From the NCBI GenBank assembly GCA_002269645.1, contig NIVC01002641.1, positions 9,674 to 73,673 on the forward strand: 64,000 bases of DNA, in the 5' to 3' direction. Of the stretch, positions 12,127 to 24,699 are shown in pieces. The notes beneath the pieces were generated by a model. It was not told the origin of the DNA, made no database searches, and saw only the letters and a list, made by a program, of their open reading frames with translations. Position 1 is the first letter of the stretch. Every line of letters begins with the position of its first letter. The position numbers and the translations under genes were made by a program. This DNA comes from Macrostomum lignano. Taxonomy: Eukaryota.

Positions 12127-12999
12127 TGCGCTTTGCCCGTGAGATTAATTAGCACGAAATGTAGATTACTCGAATGCAAACTGTAATACAAATTAATAAA
12201 TAGGTCATATAGCTTAATATATTACAGGACTAATTGTCAAAAATTACTAAAGTTCCATAGTAGCTATGGATATTGAGACTTGACAGCTAGCATCAGTCAA
12301 AATGTTGATTAATAAATAATCACTAATGTTGGGGAGTCAAGCTATTATAATTAGAGCTTATAATAATTAAAAATGAATGATACAATATGAACTTCAGGAT
12401 AAATACGAGTAGATAACTATTTTCAAGTTTCATTCTGACCTTCTCATGACCTTGTTTATAATATAGCTAGGCCTATTCTAGGATTGCCACTATTATATCT
12501 ATAAGAAAAAAGTTATAAATGGTAGACAATTGTTTATGCACTTTCAAGGCAACCTAGTGGCATTTTTTATATAATAGCACTTGTGAAATATGGGGCATGG
12601 TACCTAGCCTTTGACAGAGAAATGTTTAGTATATGTCATCTATATAGGTATACTATAGTGGCGGCCACTATAGTATACCTATAGTCTTCCACTAGCTGCG
12701 GAATTCCGCAGTGAGGAAATTTTAAGTAGACCTGCGGAAAATCAAGGGGATTTTGTACTTACGGAAATTTTTCATTTCTGAATTTGCTCTCATGTTATAC
12801 TCCAATTTTTAGTGCTGCATTATTATTCATATTTATATTGATAATAAAAATATAACAGGGATAACATAATGTGAAACTTTTGCCAATCAGTTGTTGGGCT
12901 TTAGCTTTACCTTTGCAAAATTCACCCTCCTAGCTCTCTTCTAGTCTCACTCCAGCAGACTGCAGTCCAGTAGACATGATGACAATTATTCTTTTATTT

Positions 13000-15390
13000 T
13001 TATTTCAGAAAACTAAAACTAAAATGTCTCTAAGCAAGCCTTGTGCTACTGAATTTGACCCGAATGGCTGCTTAAGCACATTGATAGTAAACTTATTGGA
13101 GACTGGCTGGAACCAGATCCTAGCAATCAACTGCGAGGCCACTGCACAATATGTGATAGTTTTTTCATCTCGGCACAAGTGGCTTTGGTGCTTCACAGCT
13201 CACGCCAAGGGAAAAACATTTTAACCGATTGCCAGTTCCAAAGATGACAGGAATTGAGCAGTTTTTTTCTTCCAAAGCTGGCAATGGCATGTCATCATTT
13301 GCTGCAACGAAGACGGCAGATAAAGAGGTGCTACAGGTGGAGCTGCAACTAGGACTGCATTTTGTAGAGCACAATATTGCCTACAATGTAGCGGATCACT
13401 CGGGTGTATACCCTGCTATATTTACAGATAGCAAGATTGCTAAAGACATGAAGCGCCATTGCACAAAGCTGTGCTATCTCGTTAATCACAGCCTTGCACT
13501 AGTAATGCGCCAGGAGTTAATTCAAGACCTCAACTCTGGTTGCGGACTTTTTTCGCTTAGCATTGATGAGTTATCAGATGGCCCACGAAAAATCTGGCAG
13601 TGGCAATATCCTTGTCTCATCCAAGAAACATAGCTATGCACCACAGCCTTAAAAACTGTCAAAGTTTCTGACTACTCAGCCGCTGCCTTGAAGGACAAAG
13701 TTTTGAAGGTCCTCAAAGAGTTCAACATCCCCTTGAAGAACTGTGTGAGTATTAACTGATGGACCAGCAGTTATGGTTGGGAAGTACAATGGCTTCCAAA
13801 AAGTAATGTGTGACTCTGCTTTGCACCTTGTTTCCATAGGGCCATGCAGTCTGCACATTGTATCCAATGCAGTGCAACATGCATTGACACCCTTGGTGGA
13901 GATGTTGAGAATTTTGCAGATAATGTTTATTCCTATTTTCAAACAGCACAAAGGTGGACACGGTACAAGCATGTTCAAGAGCTACTTGAAGTAGCTCATC
14001 ATCGCCTGCTACGGCGTGTTGAAACCAGATGGGTGCAGCTATTGCCAGTAGTTAACAGGCTTCTTGAGCTATATCCTGCTCTACAAGAATTCTTTCTGAA
14101 GAATCCATTGTTGATTGATAGCAAGAGTAAAAAACCAAGGATATTGCTGAGCATCTTAAAAAAAAGCAGACTTCTTGACCTGCAATTTTTGGCTGCTATC
14201 TTGCCTCTTCTGGAATCTGGATCAATTTGAGAAGAGCTTCCAGAGGGAAGAGATTTCCATTCATCTGCTGCACAAAGAAGTCCGCAATTTGTTTCGACAG
14301 ACACTGTCATCTGAATCTTGAGCATATTCAGGCCAATGCTAGACACCTGAAGAATTTGTCACTAGAAGTTTGATTCTTCCTTCCTGATAATTTAATTTTC
14401 ATTGGCGAAGCTGCTAAAGCAACATTGCAGAGCTTCTCGGAAACTCAGAAGAAGCACTTCTTTTTGCATGTCCACTCATTCTATCGTGATCTTGGCTTGT
14501 ATATGCAAGAACATTTGCTGCTAGCAAATTCTGTTTTGTGTACATTGCAATTTATTGATCCTATGTATCCTTCGAATGTTGGTCTCTCAATAGCTATATC
14601 AGATGCTGCTGCCTGCAACTTAGCCAAACTAATGGTGTACACTCCAGAAGCAGTGTCAAAAATAGAAGCGGAGTGGCGTTGTTTTCTTGTCAACCAACAA
14701 GTTGTAAGTTTTGCCAAGGACAATGATATAGCCACATTTTGGCTTCAAGTGGCAGAGCTAGAGCTTGGTAGCAAAAAAATATGCTATACTAAGCCAACTG
14801 GCTTTAGGCGCTTTAAGTATTCATCCTGGCAATGCAGCTGCTGAGCGCATCTTTAGTAAGCTATTAGACTTGCTCACAAAAAATGCAACAAACTTGGGGT
14901 TGTCAATTGACGCATGCCTCTTTGTTTGTCACTATATCGACAATCAGGACATAAAGGTACTGAGCCAACAACCTGCGAAAACTTTCCATTGATGGAAGTT
15001 TCTCTTCAGTTGGCTGCAAAGGCTCGTTCAGCCTACATGGAGTTTCTGCAGAAACAAAAAGCAGATGAAGCTGCTATAAAAGCATCACAGCTTGCCGCTA
15101 AGCAGATGGGGGTGCAGAATGCTGCTGAGCTGGAGCTGACAAAGAAACAACAAGACCTGAAGGCCGAAGAAGAAAAACGGGTCAAGAGCATGAAAAATTG
15201 ATGCTAAAAAACGAGCAGCTTCAGCTATGCTGCAAGAATATCAGAAAAAATGAGGGCATTGGAAGAGCGAGTCAAAGGCCATCAAGGACAATGCCAAGCT
15301 ACTGAAGCGGAAGCTTAAAATACAAGATGAACTTGCTGCTAAAGCATTGAAAAAAGCTGCAAAAATGATTTTGAGGGACAATGTATAGTA
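13000..15390 (+). mobile_element. Decayed hAT-superfamily DNA transposase (multiple stops and frameshifts)
   Basis: Ordered fragments carry hAT motifs: FVEHNIAY..DH..FTDSKIAK..TK; FSLSIDELSD (first catalytic D); GPCSLHIVSNA (CxxH); RRVETRW (TRW); PGNAAAERIFS (catalytic E). No paired TIRs found. Confidence 0.85.
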
Positions 15391-17439
15391 AACACTAATT
15401 AATTTCAATTAACAAACTGATTAAATAAAAGTCATGTGATCATATAGAACCAACCAATCTTTATTTACAAATTATGTATTAATAAACACTACAATAAAAA
15501 TAATAACATAACAATTTACACTTAAAATACACTGCTACAAATAGTATACTGCTATAAAAAGTAACTAGACTATGGCAAGTGCCTGGTATGTCCTAATGTA
15601 CTACTGTTCATTAGCACAATAGTAGTATTGTAGAATATCCTTTGTTTAATTATTAAAGCAAGCTAAGCTTGTTACCCAAATTGTATTAAATAGAATTTAA
15701 TAACAATTTAACAATTTAATGGCATGTATTAAATGCAGAAATCAACTGGAGAAATCAAATGCCTTTGTAGGCGAACCATGAATTTTTTGTTAGCAACAGA
15801 TATATTTTTTTGGCCTTTCGGCTCGGTGAGTGTTTTTTGTCAATAATGATTTCAAATAAGAAACTAATGCTCTCAAAATTAACTTCTAAATGTTTTTTGT
15901 TTTGCATTTATATATGTTTGTGTCTATTTGGTTTATGCTATAATCCTATATCTACGCAATATATTAATTTGTGTAGGCTAGCATTATTTGGCATACAAAC
16001 AAACAAATTATTTTTTTGTACAAACTGCAAAAAACCATCCTAACTGAAGTTAATCATCTACTACTATTGTTGCTAATGTATTACCCCCAGTGTTTTTTCT
16101 TAAAAGTGTTTTTATATTTCTAGGAGTTTTACTTGTAAATTAGTTCAAAATATAATACTTTATAATGCAAAATATACACAAACTTTGCTAATATAAATAT
16201 GAGCCAATTTTAGGGAAAGAAGACCAACTTTGAACCTTGTAACTTGCTAAATTGTTAACTTATATTAAAGTTTGCTAAATTCATTCTAAGACTTACAAGT
16301 GTTGCTTATTTGCAGTAAAGAATCTAAAAAGGAGTTAAAAGAAATTTGCTAAGAGAAGGATTGTGAGCTTATACAAAGCCATATTCTAATATTGATTTTC
16401 TAATCCAAGTAATGCCTAGATTCTGAATAATACATGTATTAGTAAAACCATTCAGGCCTACAAGATTTATATTAAGATAATAAGATACTACCACAATTAT
16501 CCTACAAAAGCTTGGTATTAGGCCCCTAGGCCCTACTATTAGCAAAAAGATCAAATTAAAAAAAGAAGCAAAATGCATGTTGCAACTTGATGGCTTTATA
16601 ATAGGATAGAGGTATAGGCATTATAACAACTTCGGTTTAAACTGTTAGATTAAAAAAGGCAGCTCTAGCTATGACAACTTTGGTGGCAGCTATGGAATAA
16701 TTTTAAAGGCAGTTGTTATTATTACGGTGACCGTATTTATAAATAGCAAGACGGTTATTTTTATGGTTAACACCTTAAAACAAATACCATCTAAATGAAG
16801 TGACGAACTTGCTGTGCAAATACTATGATGGTTAAATTTAAAAAAATAAGAAATGTTTTATTAATAAATACCATGGTAACTTCTAGTGGTTCTTGTCATA
16901 GTAGCTCACTTTAGGTAATTGTTAGGGCCTACTATTACCTTGTAATTTAACAGAAATTTCTTCCACATGACCATAAAAATAGCCATTTTGCTTCCTACCT
17001 ACGGTAACCGTAAAAATAACAGTTTTTCTATTGTGACAGGGCTAATAGAAAGTTGTCGTTATTACGTGAAGTTATTAATTACGAATATTTATTACTAACA
17101 GTTCACTGACTCAAAGGGTGTTACTAACGTGCGCTATTAATTCACTGAAAGCTCTTGCACATGCGAAAACGATTAGGTTAACGTATTTTGTGCCAGGAGG
17201 CCCACCAGTTGTTTTAATGCACTCATTCTGCAAGTATATAAATACCGTGCGCACCATTTCGAATCGGGCTCGTTTGTTTTTGCCGTTGGCCCTTTGCTCT
17301 GGCCTGAGTTGCAACTTAGCCCGGACTGTGTGCTCCCGATAGTTATTGACTTGTAAGATCGGCCCAGTTTGCCTGTTAATCTAATAGTTCATGGCTAGTT
17401 ATTAGTAAATGTCAAGTCTTGGTTGAGCGCTGCTCCTAA

Positions 17440-17746
17440 CCCGCATAGCAAAATTACGTATCCAATAGAAAGTGGGACGTCTCCGATACGCAACTTTTTT
17501 GGTTGCAGGAACGTCCTTGATACGTATCCAATTTTTATGATCCTCTAAAGAAGTTCGTTTCTACAAAAATGGTGAACAGATACTGCTTGTAATTTTATTG
17601 ATTACTTATTCCACCATTTTGTAGCTTCTTGTAGCTTCTTTAGAGGATCATAAAAATTGGATACGTATCAAGGACGTTCCTGCAACCAAAAAAGTTGCGT
17701 ATCGGAGACGTCACTTTCTATTGGATACGTAATTTTGCTATGCGGG
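17440..17746. mobile_element. ~307-bp MITE/foldback element with ~110-bp terminal inverted repeats, flanked by TAA
   Basis: CCCGCATAGCAAAATTACGTATCCAATAGAAAGT...GATCCTCTAAAGAAG is inverted at 17637-17746. TAA occurs at 17437-17439 and 17747-17749. Confidence 0.85.
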
Positions 17747-18599
17747 TAAGTACTTATAGTTAGCTTAGCAAACTAAATCTTAGCTCTAACATACTGTGTT
17801 AGTAAGGACACAGGAGGCCGAGCTTATATTTGTGTTTTATTAATTATTATTGTTAAGTTTGATTATTATTGTTTGCTGTTGCGTTAGTTTCCAACTTGCT
17901 AACTTATCGTTTAATAATTATTATTACAATTGCCAAGTTCATTAAGTTCTATTTATCCAGCTTGAGTGTTAGCTCTAATATTCAAATCTTCTTTGATAGC
18001 GGTTTTTGTCTCAGTCAATTTAATCATAGCTTCGATTGGTGGCAGCGACCTACCTTTCGTGACAATAATAGTTTTGGGATTGAAACTGAATATCGATACA
18101 TTGGGGAACGTAATTTATCAAGAAATTAGTGGCATTACTCTATCAGACCATCTCAGGGTACCGCTCTTCGGCTGATGCAAGATAAGCAGTATTGCCTTAG
18201 GCCACATATCTGAAAGCTACCATAAGTTAGGAGTATTCGAGAACTCTTGTCGCTCGGGAATAGAGGGAATAATCACTCTGCTCACTAAGAGTTCGATACC
18301 AAGAGACCCATCTGGACTAGGTCAGACGCTGAGTCATAGTAGTCTTAAAGTGCCAGTGAGTCAGAGTCTACCGGAGAACAAAGACGCTAGTAACCAAGAG
18401 GCCCATAGGAGAAGTTCTATTTCCGCAACCAAGAGGCCCATATGAAATTATAGGTCACTCGCGCCAAGAGGCCCGTCTGAGTTCCTCGCTAGGTTTTTAT
18501 GTTCGCTGTAGACTACTAGCCAGCAGTAGCCAGTTTAGCGTCGATAGTCAGTTCGCAGCTAAATTCATAATTAACATCGTGAAGTCGCTAGAAGTTCGA

Positions 18600-20400
18600 A
18601 TCTTTTACAATTGGTGTTCCAACGTTGGGAGTAGTAAAGCACATTTACTAACGACGTCGTAAAACCGGCGATTTAGACACCTTTTACACTATTTATACGG
18701 TTACATTAAGTAAAGACCATAGGCCCGCATAGTGTCTTATGCGTTAACCGTAAAAATTGGGCCTAACAGTTTTGTTATTTATACGATCACTGTAACAATA
18801 ACAACTGCCAATTTATTATTAAGCTGCAATCTAATGGACTCAAAAACATTCAAGGCCATCGGAGGCACGGCAGACGACCTTCGCGAGTCAAAGCAGTGGG
18901 TCTTCCCGTTCGGCTTCAGTGAACCTCTCACCACTCTTGGCAAAGCCACCCTCCGGACCGCCGTTCAGCCCCAGCTTTAGCTACATCATCGTCAAGAAGG
19001 AGACGGCCGCACGATGATCGTGCGCCGCGAAACCAGCGAGGAGCTAGGAATCCTACGCATCGGACCAAGCAACCCCAGCGTCTGTCATCTGAGAGAAAGA
19101 CTCTGGTGAGCTCCAGGAGCCACTCAGCGCTGCATTGGCGGCCACAGCGACGGAGGCAGACGATCAGGCAATGCCGCAGCACAAGCACCTCAGCAAACAT
19201 AATCAAGACCAGGGGACTACTTAAACTTAAAGTCGTAGTCCCCGATCAAGACCTTCAGGCAGCGATTTTGGTAATTTCGTGCGTCAATGACGCTGAAGTC
19301 GGCATCCACCTGCAAGACGGAGCCGTGCCGGTGTGCCATCGCTAAGTCGTATCCCCGTGTATCTGCGGGAGGCTGCGCAGCGTGAGCTCGACGATCAACT
19401 GCAAGCTGAAATAATCGAGAAAGTGACCGGCCGGACCGTCCGAATGGGTGGCACGAATAGTTGTTGTCCCGAAGTCGCAGCCTGGCCAAGTGCGCATTAC
19501 CCAAGATCTGCGAGATGTGAACAAGTTCGTAGTGCCCGAGAAACAGCCCATACCAACTTTTGAAGACGTCACTGACGAAATGGCCGGTGCGCGCTACATG
19601 TACTTCCCCGAGTTGGACATCAACAAGGCGTTCCACCGGATCCGAAGGGTATCATGAGACTGACGCGCCTGTGCATGGGCTTTACGTCAGCGTCTGAGAT
19701 TCTACGAGTCATGACCAGCGTGCTCGGCGGGCTTCGAGGAGTCCGCTGGGTACATTACGACATTATCATCTATGCAAGCTCCATCATTGAGCACAACCAG
19801 CGGCTAGCGGCAACATTGCAAAGGCTAGAAGAGCACAACATCAGCTTAAATCCTACAAAGTGCAAGTTCGCCGTCAAGGAGGCCAAGTTTCTCGCTATGC
19901 GCCTGTCCGAGAAGGGCATCCAGCCGACAGACGAGAAGGTGAGCGCTGTGAAAGCTTTCCGAGCACCGAAAACGCGTCCGAAGTGAGGTCCTTTCTCGGC
20001 CTTGTGGCTTTTGTCAGTCGCTTTATCTCAGCTCTTTCAGACATGGCCAAGCCTCTGCGAGACCTGACCAGAAAGGATGCGCCGTGGTCCTGGGGAGCGG
20101 CTGAGGAGACTGCTTTCAGCGCCATCAAGAACTCGATGTCCGCGAGCAGCTCACTTGCATTCTTTGACAAGCGCAGACGCACAGAAGTGATCGTGGATGC
20201 CAGCCCAACGGGACTCGGAGCGATCCTGAGCCAACAGCAGCCAGAGACCGATCGCCTACGCAAGCCGCGCACTGTGAGCGGTGGAGACGCGCTATTCTCA
20301 GACGGAAAGAGAAGCCCTCGCCGTCAAATTCGGCTGCTGCGCTTCCGCCACTACCTCAGTGGTTCGTCTGGTTTCCGGGTCGTCACTGACCACTAGCCTT
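18600..20400 (+). mobile_element. Decayed Ty3/Gypsy LTR retrotransposon (gag/pol fragments: RT and RNase H; truncated before integrase)
   Basis: VVVPKSQPGQVRITQDLRDVNK; ELDINKAFHRI; GVRWVHYDIIIY (degenerate YxDD); LNPTKCKF; EVRSFLGLV; IVDASPTGLGAIL; YSQTEREALAV; VVTDH. Confidence 0.9.
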
Positions 20401-20403
20401 TTC

Positions 20404-21205
20404 AGGACGACGCCCGGTCGAGTGGTGCCGACGGCTCGCCATCCGGGTATTCGTAGACCACCTTGCACGAATTTCGGGAGAAAGCTTAGCTGGTGCAAAC
20501 ATTAAATGTGACTACAAAGGCTTGGACTCTGATTTTAGGGTTTGACTCAGACTTTACGCTTTTGTAAGGTTTACGCTATGGCGTAAGTACATGTACAAGC
20601 TAGATATTGCAGTTCAGCCTTTTCAATCAATCTTCCATTGCTCCATGGTAGAGTCAATGATAATATCATAAGCGGCACAACCCTGTGGTGAGCCAGCGGC
20701 ATCAATGGAATGGGCAGAATAACCTCAGCTCTGGTTGTGGAATATCGCAGAAGGCGCTGCGCCAGCTAGGGTGGCGCCCCACATCGTCTGGAGTTCATTA
20801 TAGTTTGCAGGGAACCCTCACGTGCCTGCCACAAATCAAGGCGACAGTCGACCCGCAGCCAGCTAAGAGTCTACAGCAGCTGTAACTACATGTATCACGT
20901 CGTCAAGCAGTGTACACGCTTTGTGACGTAAAGGTCGGCCCGCATTAGGCTTGTATCCCAAGGATCACAAATACGTCTGCATGTCCTTTAGTGCCAAAGT
21001 TGAATGCGCGTTACCACTGAGATACCAAAGCGGTATCCGGGGCCTGTGCTGATATTCTGAGGTGGGAACACGGCGAGATCAAACCTGCGCTGAGCCTCCA
21101 CCCAGCTCCAGCACCGGCACGGTCTCAAAGTTCGTGTTGGCCTCGTCCAGTTTGCCCAGCATGTAGTTCACCAACAGCCAGGCGAATTTGGCCTCCTCCA
21201 GTCCG
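20404..21205 (-). pseudogene. Third, partial and diverged NTPDase copy (3' end of exon 1, intron, 5' end of exon 2)
   Basis: 20404-20495 matches 23473-23560 and 21075-21205 matches 23815-23945 with scattered substitutions. The intron is homologous but about 420 bp of unrelated sequence replaces a short stretch. Confidence 0.85.
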
Positions 21206-22759
21206 AAGAAGCTCCGTAGACTGCGGCCTGCGGCTGCTCTCCTCCGAGTTGCACCAGATGAAGATGCAGCTAGCCGTCAGTCTTTGCTGATCTGACCACG
21301 CTCACGGGGCGGCCTGCAAAGAGCTGGTCAATAAGTGCGGCGTTGATGGTGCGCCAGGCACTGTCGAGCTCATCGGCAGTGAGGTCTTGCTCCTCCCCGA
21401 AGACGATGACCGCCGGTTGGAGCTTGGCTTTTGAGGCACGGCCGCGCTGATGGCAGGTTTGCTGGGTGGCAAACCAGCGGGGGTTGTTTCCTGAGGGGCA
21501 GGGGTCGCTGTGGTTCCTTTCGGCCCGACAGCAGCCTCGCCCTCCCGAGGTCCCACTTCCGCAGGTGGCCGGCCCGCAGCCTGTCTGTCGCGTTGTCGCT
21601 GTTGCCTCACGTTGCGAGGACGTCAGGCCTTCGTCGTCGAGCTCAACTGCCCCAACTGCCAGAGTTTCCGGGGTCCCGGATTATTTGCGGCGGTAGAAGC
21701 CACGGCTGAAAGCGGGAAAAGATGAGCAGAGTCACAGAAGAAAAATTAAAAAAATGAAACCACTAGCGGCCGGTTCAGCTACACGACCTTCAAGCCACCT
21801 TAGACATTTCAGAGCAGCAATTATCAGTGCCAGGTCCCGCAGTCTAGCTGCGTACCCTGTTACGGTCTAAGGATAACATCTTTGCCTCAGCGCCCTAGCC
21901 AGAGACATCTGATAACGCACAGGTACGCGCACCGGGATAGCCTTAGCAACTAAGGCCAAAGCTCCGGAAAGGTGACCGGCGCCGTTATTCAGTCCGTCCA
22001 TGTGGCCCTAGGGTCCATGCACTTTGAACACTCGCGGGACGTGTATACCCCTGGGGCGGCTATTAGAGCAGCATCCAGCCATAAATGCTTTAAAAGAGGT
22101 GGAGCATTTTTGAAATATCGCAGACTGTAGGCTTAGTCCGTCTCATATATATTTCACAGGCATTGTTCTGGAGCTGTCTATGCTTGTAATTTTGTGTATG
22201 GGGTTTGCAATAGCCACATGTACGTTAAATTAGCTAGCATATTTATTTTGCTCCTACGTACATTCACCAATTATTAATCGGACCAATTTCACTCTTTACT
22301 GATCGCCCACCCCATATTACACTCACTCGTGTATTGTACGCTTTCATCTTGTAGCTACTATATTGACTGTATGGGTGATGCACTTTTTCTGACACCCATA
22401 AGCAGCGCCAGCCGTCGGGAACATCCGTCGACATCACTGACGTCGGTTGTTGCACGGGTTACAGCTACCTGTACTACCATCTACTATATGCTCAATCATG
22501 CAACTAGGCAACTTTGCATACGGCGCTGTTTACGATGACAGTGCAGTGCAGCTTTCTGCTGCTGCAACATGTTGAAAATCGTTTATTTCTTGGACTCGAG
22601 AAAGCAAGGTAGAGTAAAAAAAGCGCATGCATCGGAACTAATTTAATTTAGGGGGCAAATAGCCACGACCAGAAAATAAATTGGTAAGCAGTGAAACTTC
22701 CTTATCTACTCGCCAGCATCCGCAACAGCACCTCAAGCCACAGTTTCTGCTGTTGCAGT

Positions 22760-24496
22760 CTACGAGATCGACTTGGCCGCCGACGCTGCAGCCGACTGCA
22801 GCAGAGCGTCCAGACTGAAGCCGAGCGTCCAGCCCAGGTTGTCGCTGCCGCCAAGAGCTGTCACGGTGCCGCTGTCCGGCAGACCCATCTGCTCCAGCAT
22901 GGCGCTCAGCACAGACAGGTTAATGCAGTAGTAAGGCGTGTAGGGTCCTTGGTCAGGAGGGTTGCGACAGACGGCAGCCGCGTTGTCGGCAATGTCGCCA
23001 GCGCTAATTGAGTAGGCCTTGCAGTCGCCTCTTGGCTCGCTTGGACAAACGGAGTCGCTGTAGGTCACTCTCGTACCCGGCACTGGGCTCGACTTTTTCA
23101 AGTACTTCACCAGGTAGTAAATGGACGATATGGCGTAGACGGTTTTCTCACCTTTGGCGATTCCTGGTTCCGTTCTGACCTTCACCTGTTGGACCAAATC
23201 CTTTGCTTGGGCGAAGCATTTCTTCACAGTTGCGGCTGTCGAACCGCTGGAGTTGTCGCGCTGGTTACCTTCGAGTTGAAGCGTCACGGAGCCGAAGCTG
23301 AAATTCAGCGACGCATTGGCAGCAATGCAGCTGCTGTTGTAGGCTTTCTTAGAAACTCCAGTCCCGGCCGACTTCCCGTTTCTGTAGCCAACAAAGCGTA
23401 AGACGGATTCACGAACTCCCAATCCTAAGTAGCTCCGAGCTCGGATTCGACGACCAGTCAGCGTCGCTTTTAAGGACGACGCCCGGTCGAGTGGTGCCGA
23501 CAGCTCGCCATCCGGGTATTCGTAGGCCACCTGTGCACGAATTTCGGGAGAAAGCTTAGCTGCATGGTGAAACACTTAACGTTGATTGAATTTGACTAAA
23601 AAGGCTTGGATTTTTAGTCATTTAAATAAAAATGAAAGTTAGCTTGACTCTGATATCAGGGTTTGACTCAGAATTTACGCTTTTGTAAGGTTGACGATAT
23701 AGCGTAAGTACATGTAGATATTGATCAGCAATTTCCATCTATCTTCCACTGCTGTGTTGCCATGGTAGTATTGGTTACAAAAAACTTCGAGTCAGCGATA
23801 GCATCATCACAGGCGAGAACAAACCTGCGCTGAGCCTCCGCCCAGCTCCAGCACCGGCACGGTCTCAAAGTTCGTGTTGGCCTCGTCCAGCTTGCCCAGC
23901 ATGTAGTTCACCGACAGCCAGGCGAATTTGGCCTCCTCCGGTCCGCTCAGCAACTTCGCCGAGTCGATGTCGGGCGCGAGAAAGGCCGCGCTGGTGGCGA
24001 GGGTGTCCCTGACTACTCTGAGAATTCGACGCCTCGACCCGGAGTCCAACAGGCGCAGTCCGGCTGTGGCGCGCAGCGCTACGCAGGTGACGGCGCGTTG
24101 CGGCTTCGGCACATCAGCCGCCGCAGCAGCCAGCAGGGCGTTCACCTGATCGCGGCTTCTGTCTGGAAAGTGTTGAAACGCTGACAGGCCGGGCTTGCGG
24201 CTGTACCGGCGAAGTCTGAGGTGCCGCAGCTTCAGCGGTCCGTTGGGCGACTTTGGCGTTCGCTCGACAAAGAACTCGTGCAGTGCAGCTCGAGTTTCCG
24301 TGGATCCGGCGTCCAGCACAAGAAATCTGAGCGTGTCGTTCTTGTCGACCGCTCGATGGCAGCCGGAATTGGTCAAATCCGTCGATTTCTTCCCGGTTTT
24401 AGCGTTTTGAGACTGGCTGCTGCCCACGTGCAGACATTGAAGCAGAGGCAGCAGCCACAATATCTGTACCAACGAGTGCAGCCGATGCAGGTTCAT
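22760..24496 (-). CDS. GDA1/CD39 NTPDase (apyrase), copy A, predicted secreted; exons 24496-23825 and 23530-22760
   Basis: Signal-peptide-like N-terminus. Apyrase conserved regions: DAGSTET (ACR1), ATAGLRLL (ACR2), GPEEAKFAWLSVNY (ACR3), ELGGGSAQ (ACR4), GWTLG (ACR5). Phase-0 intron CAG|GTTTGT...CACAG|GTG. Closest in style to NTPDase5/6. Confidence 0.92.
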
Positions 24497-24673
24497 TTGT
24501 TCGAAGTTCTTTGGCGTGTAGCTCCTCTGATTTGTCAGCTCTCAGCTCGGTATATTGATTGTTAACCTACAGATATGACGGTTCACACTAAATTCCTAGG
24601 CTCCTTCTTTTCCAGTGGAACGATAGTCTATGGCCAAACCTCACTAAAAAACGAAGCCTGAGAACTCAAAACG

Positions 24674-24699
24674 AGGCCTGTTAACCGGTTAACAGGCCT
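24674..24699. promoter_or_regulatory. Perfect 26-bp palindrome AGGCCTGTTAACCGGTTAACAGGCCT centred on AACCGGTT
   Basis: The palindrome is read directly, ~180 bp upstream of the NTPDase A ATG. A regulatory role is inference. Confidence 0.35.

Noticed and set aside
17790-18610. Candidate 5' LTR of the first Gypsy element
   Set aside because: No second LTR is available for confirmation and the boundaries cannot be fixed.
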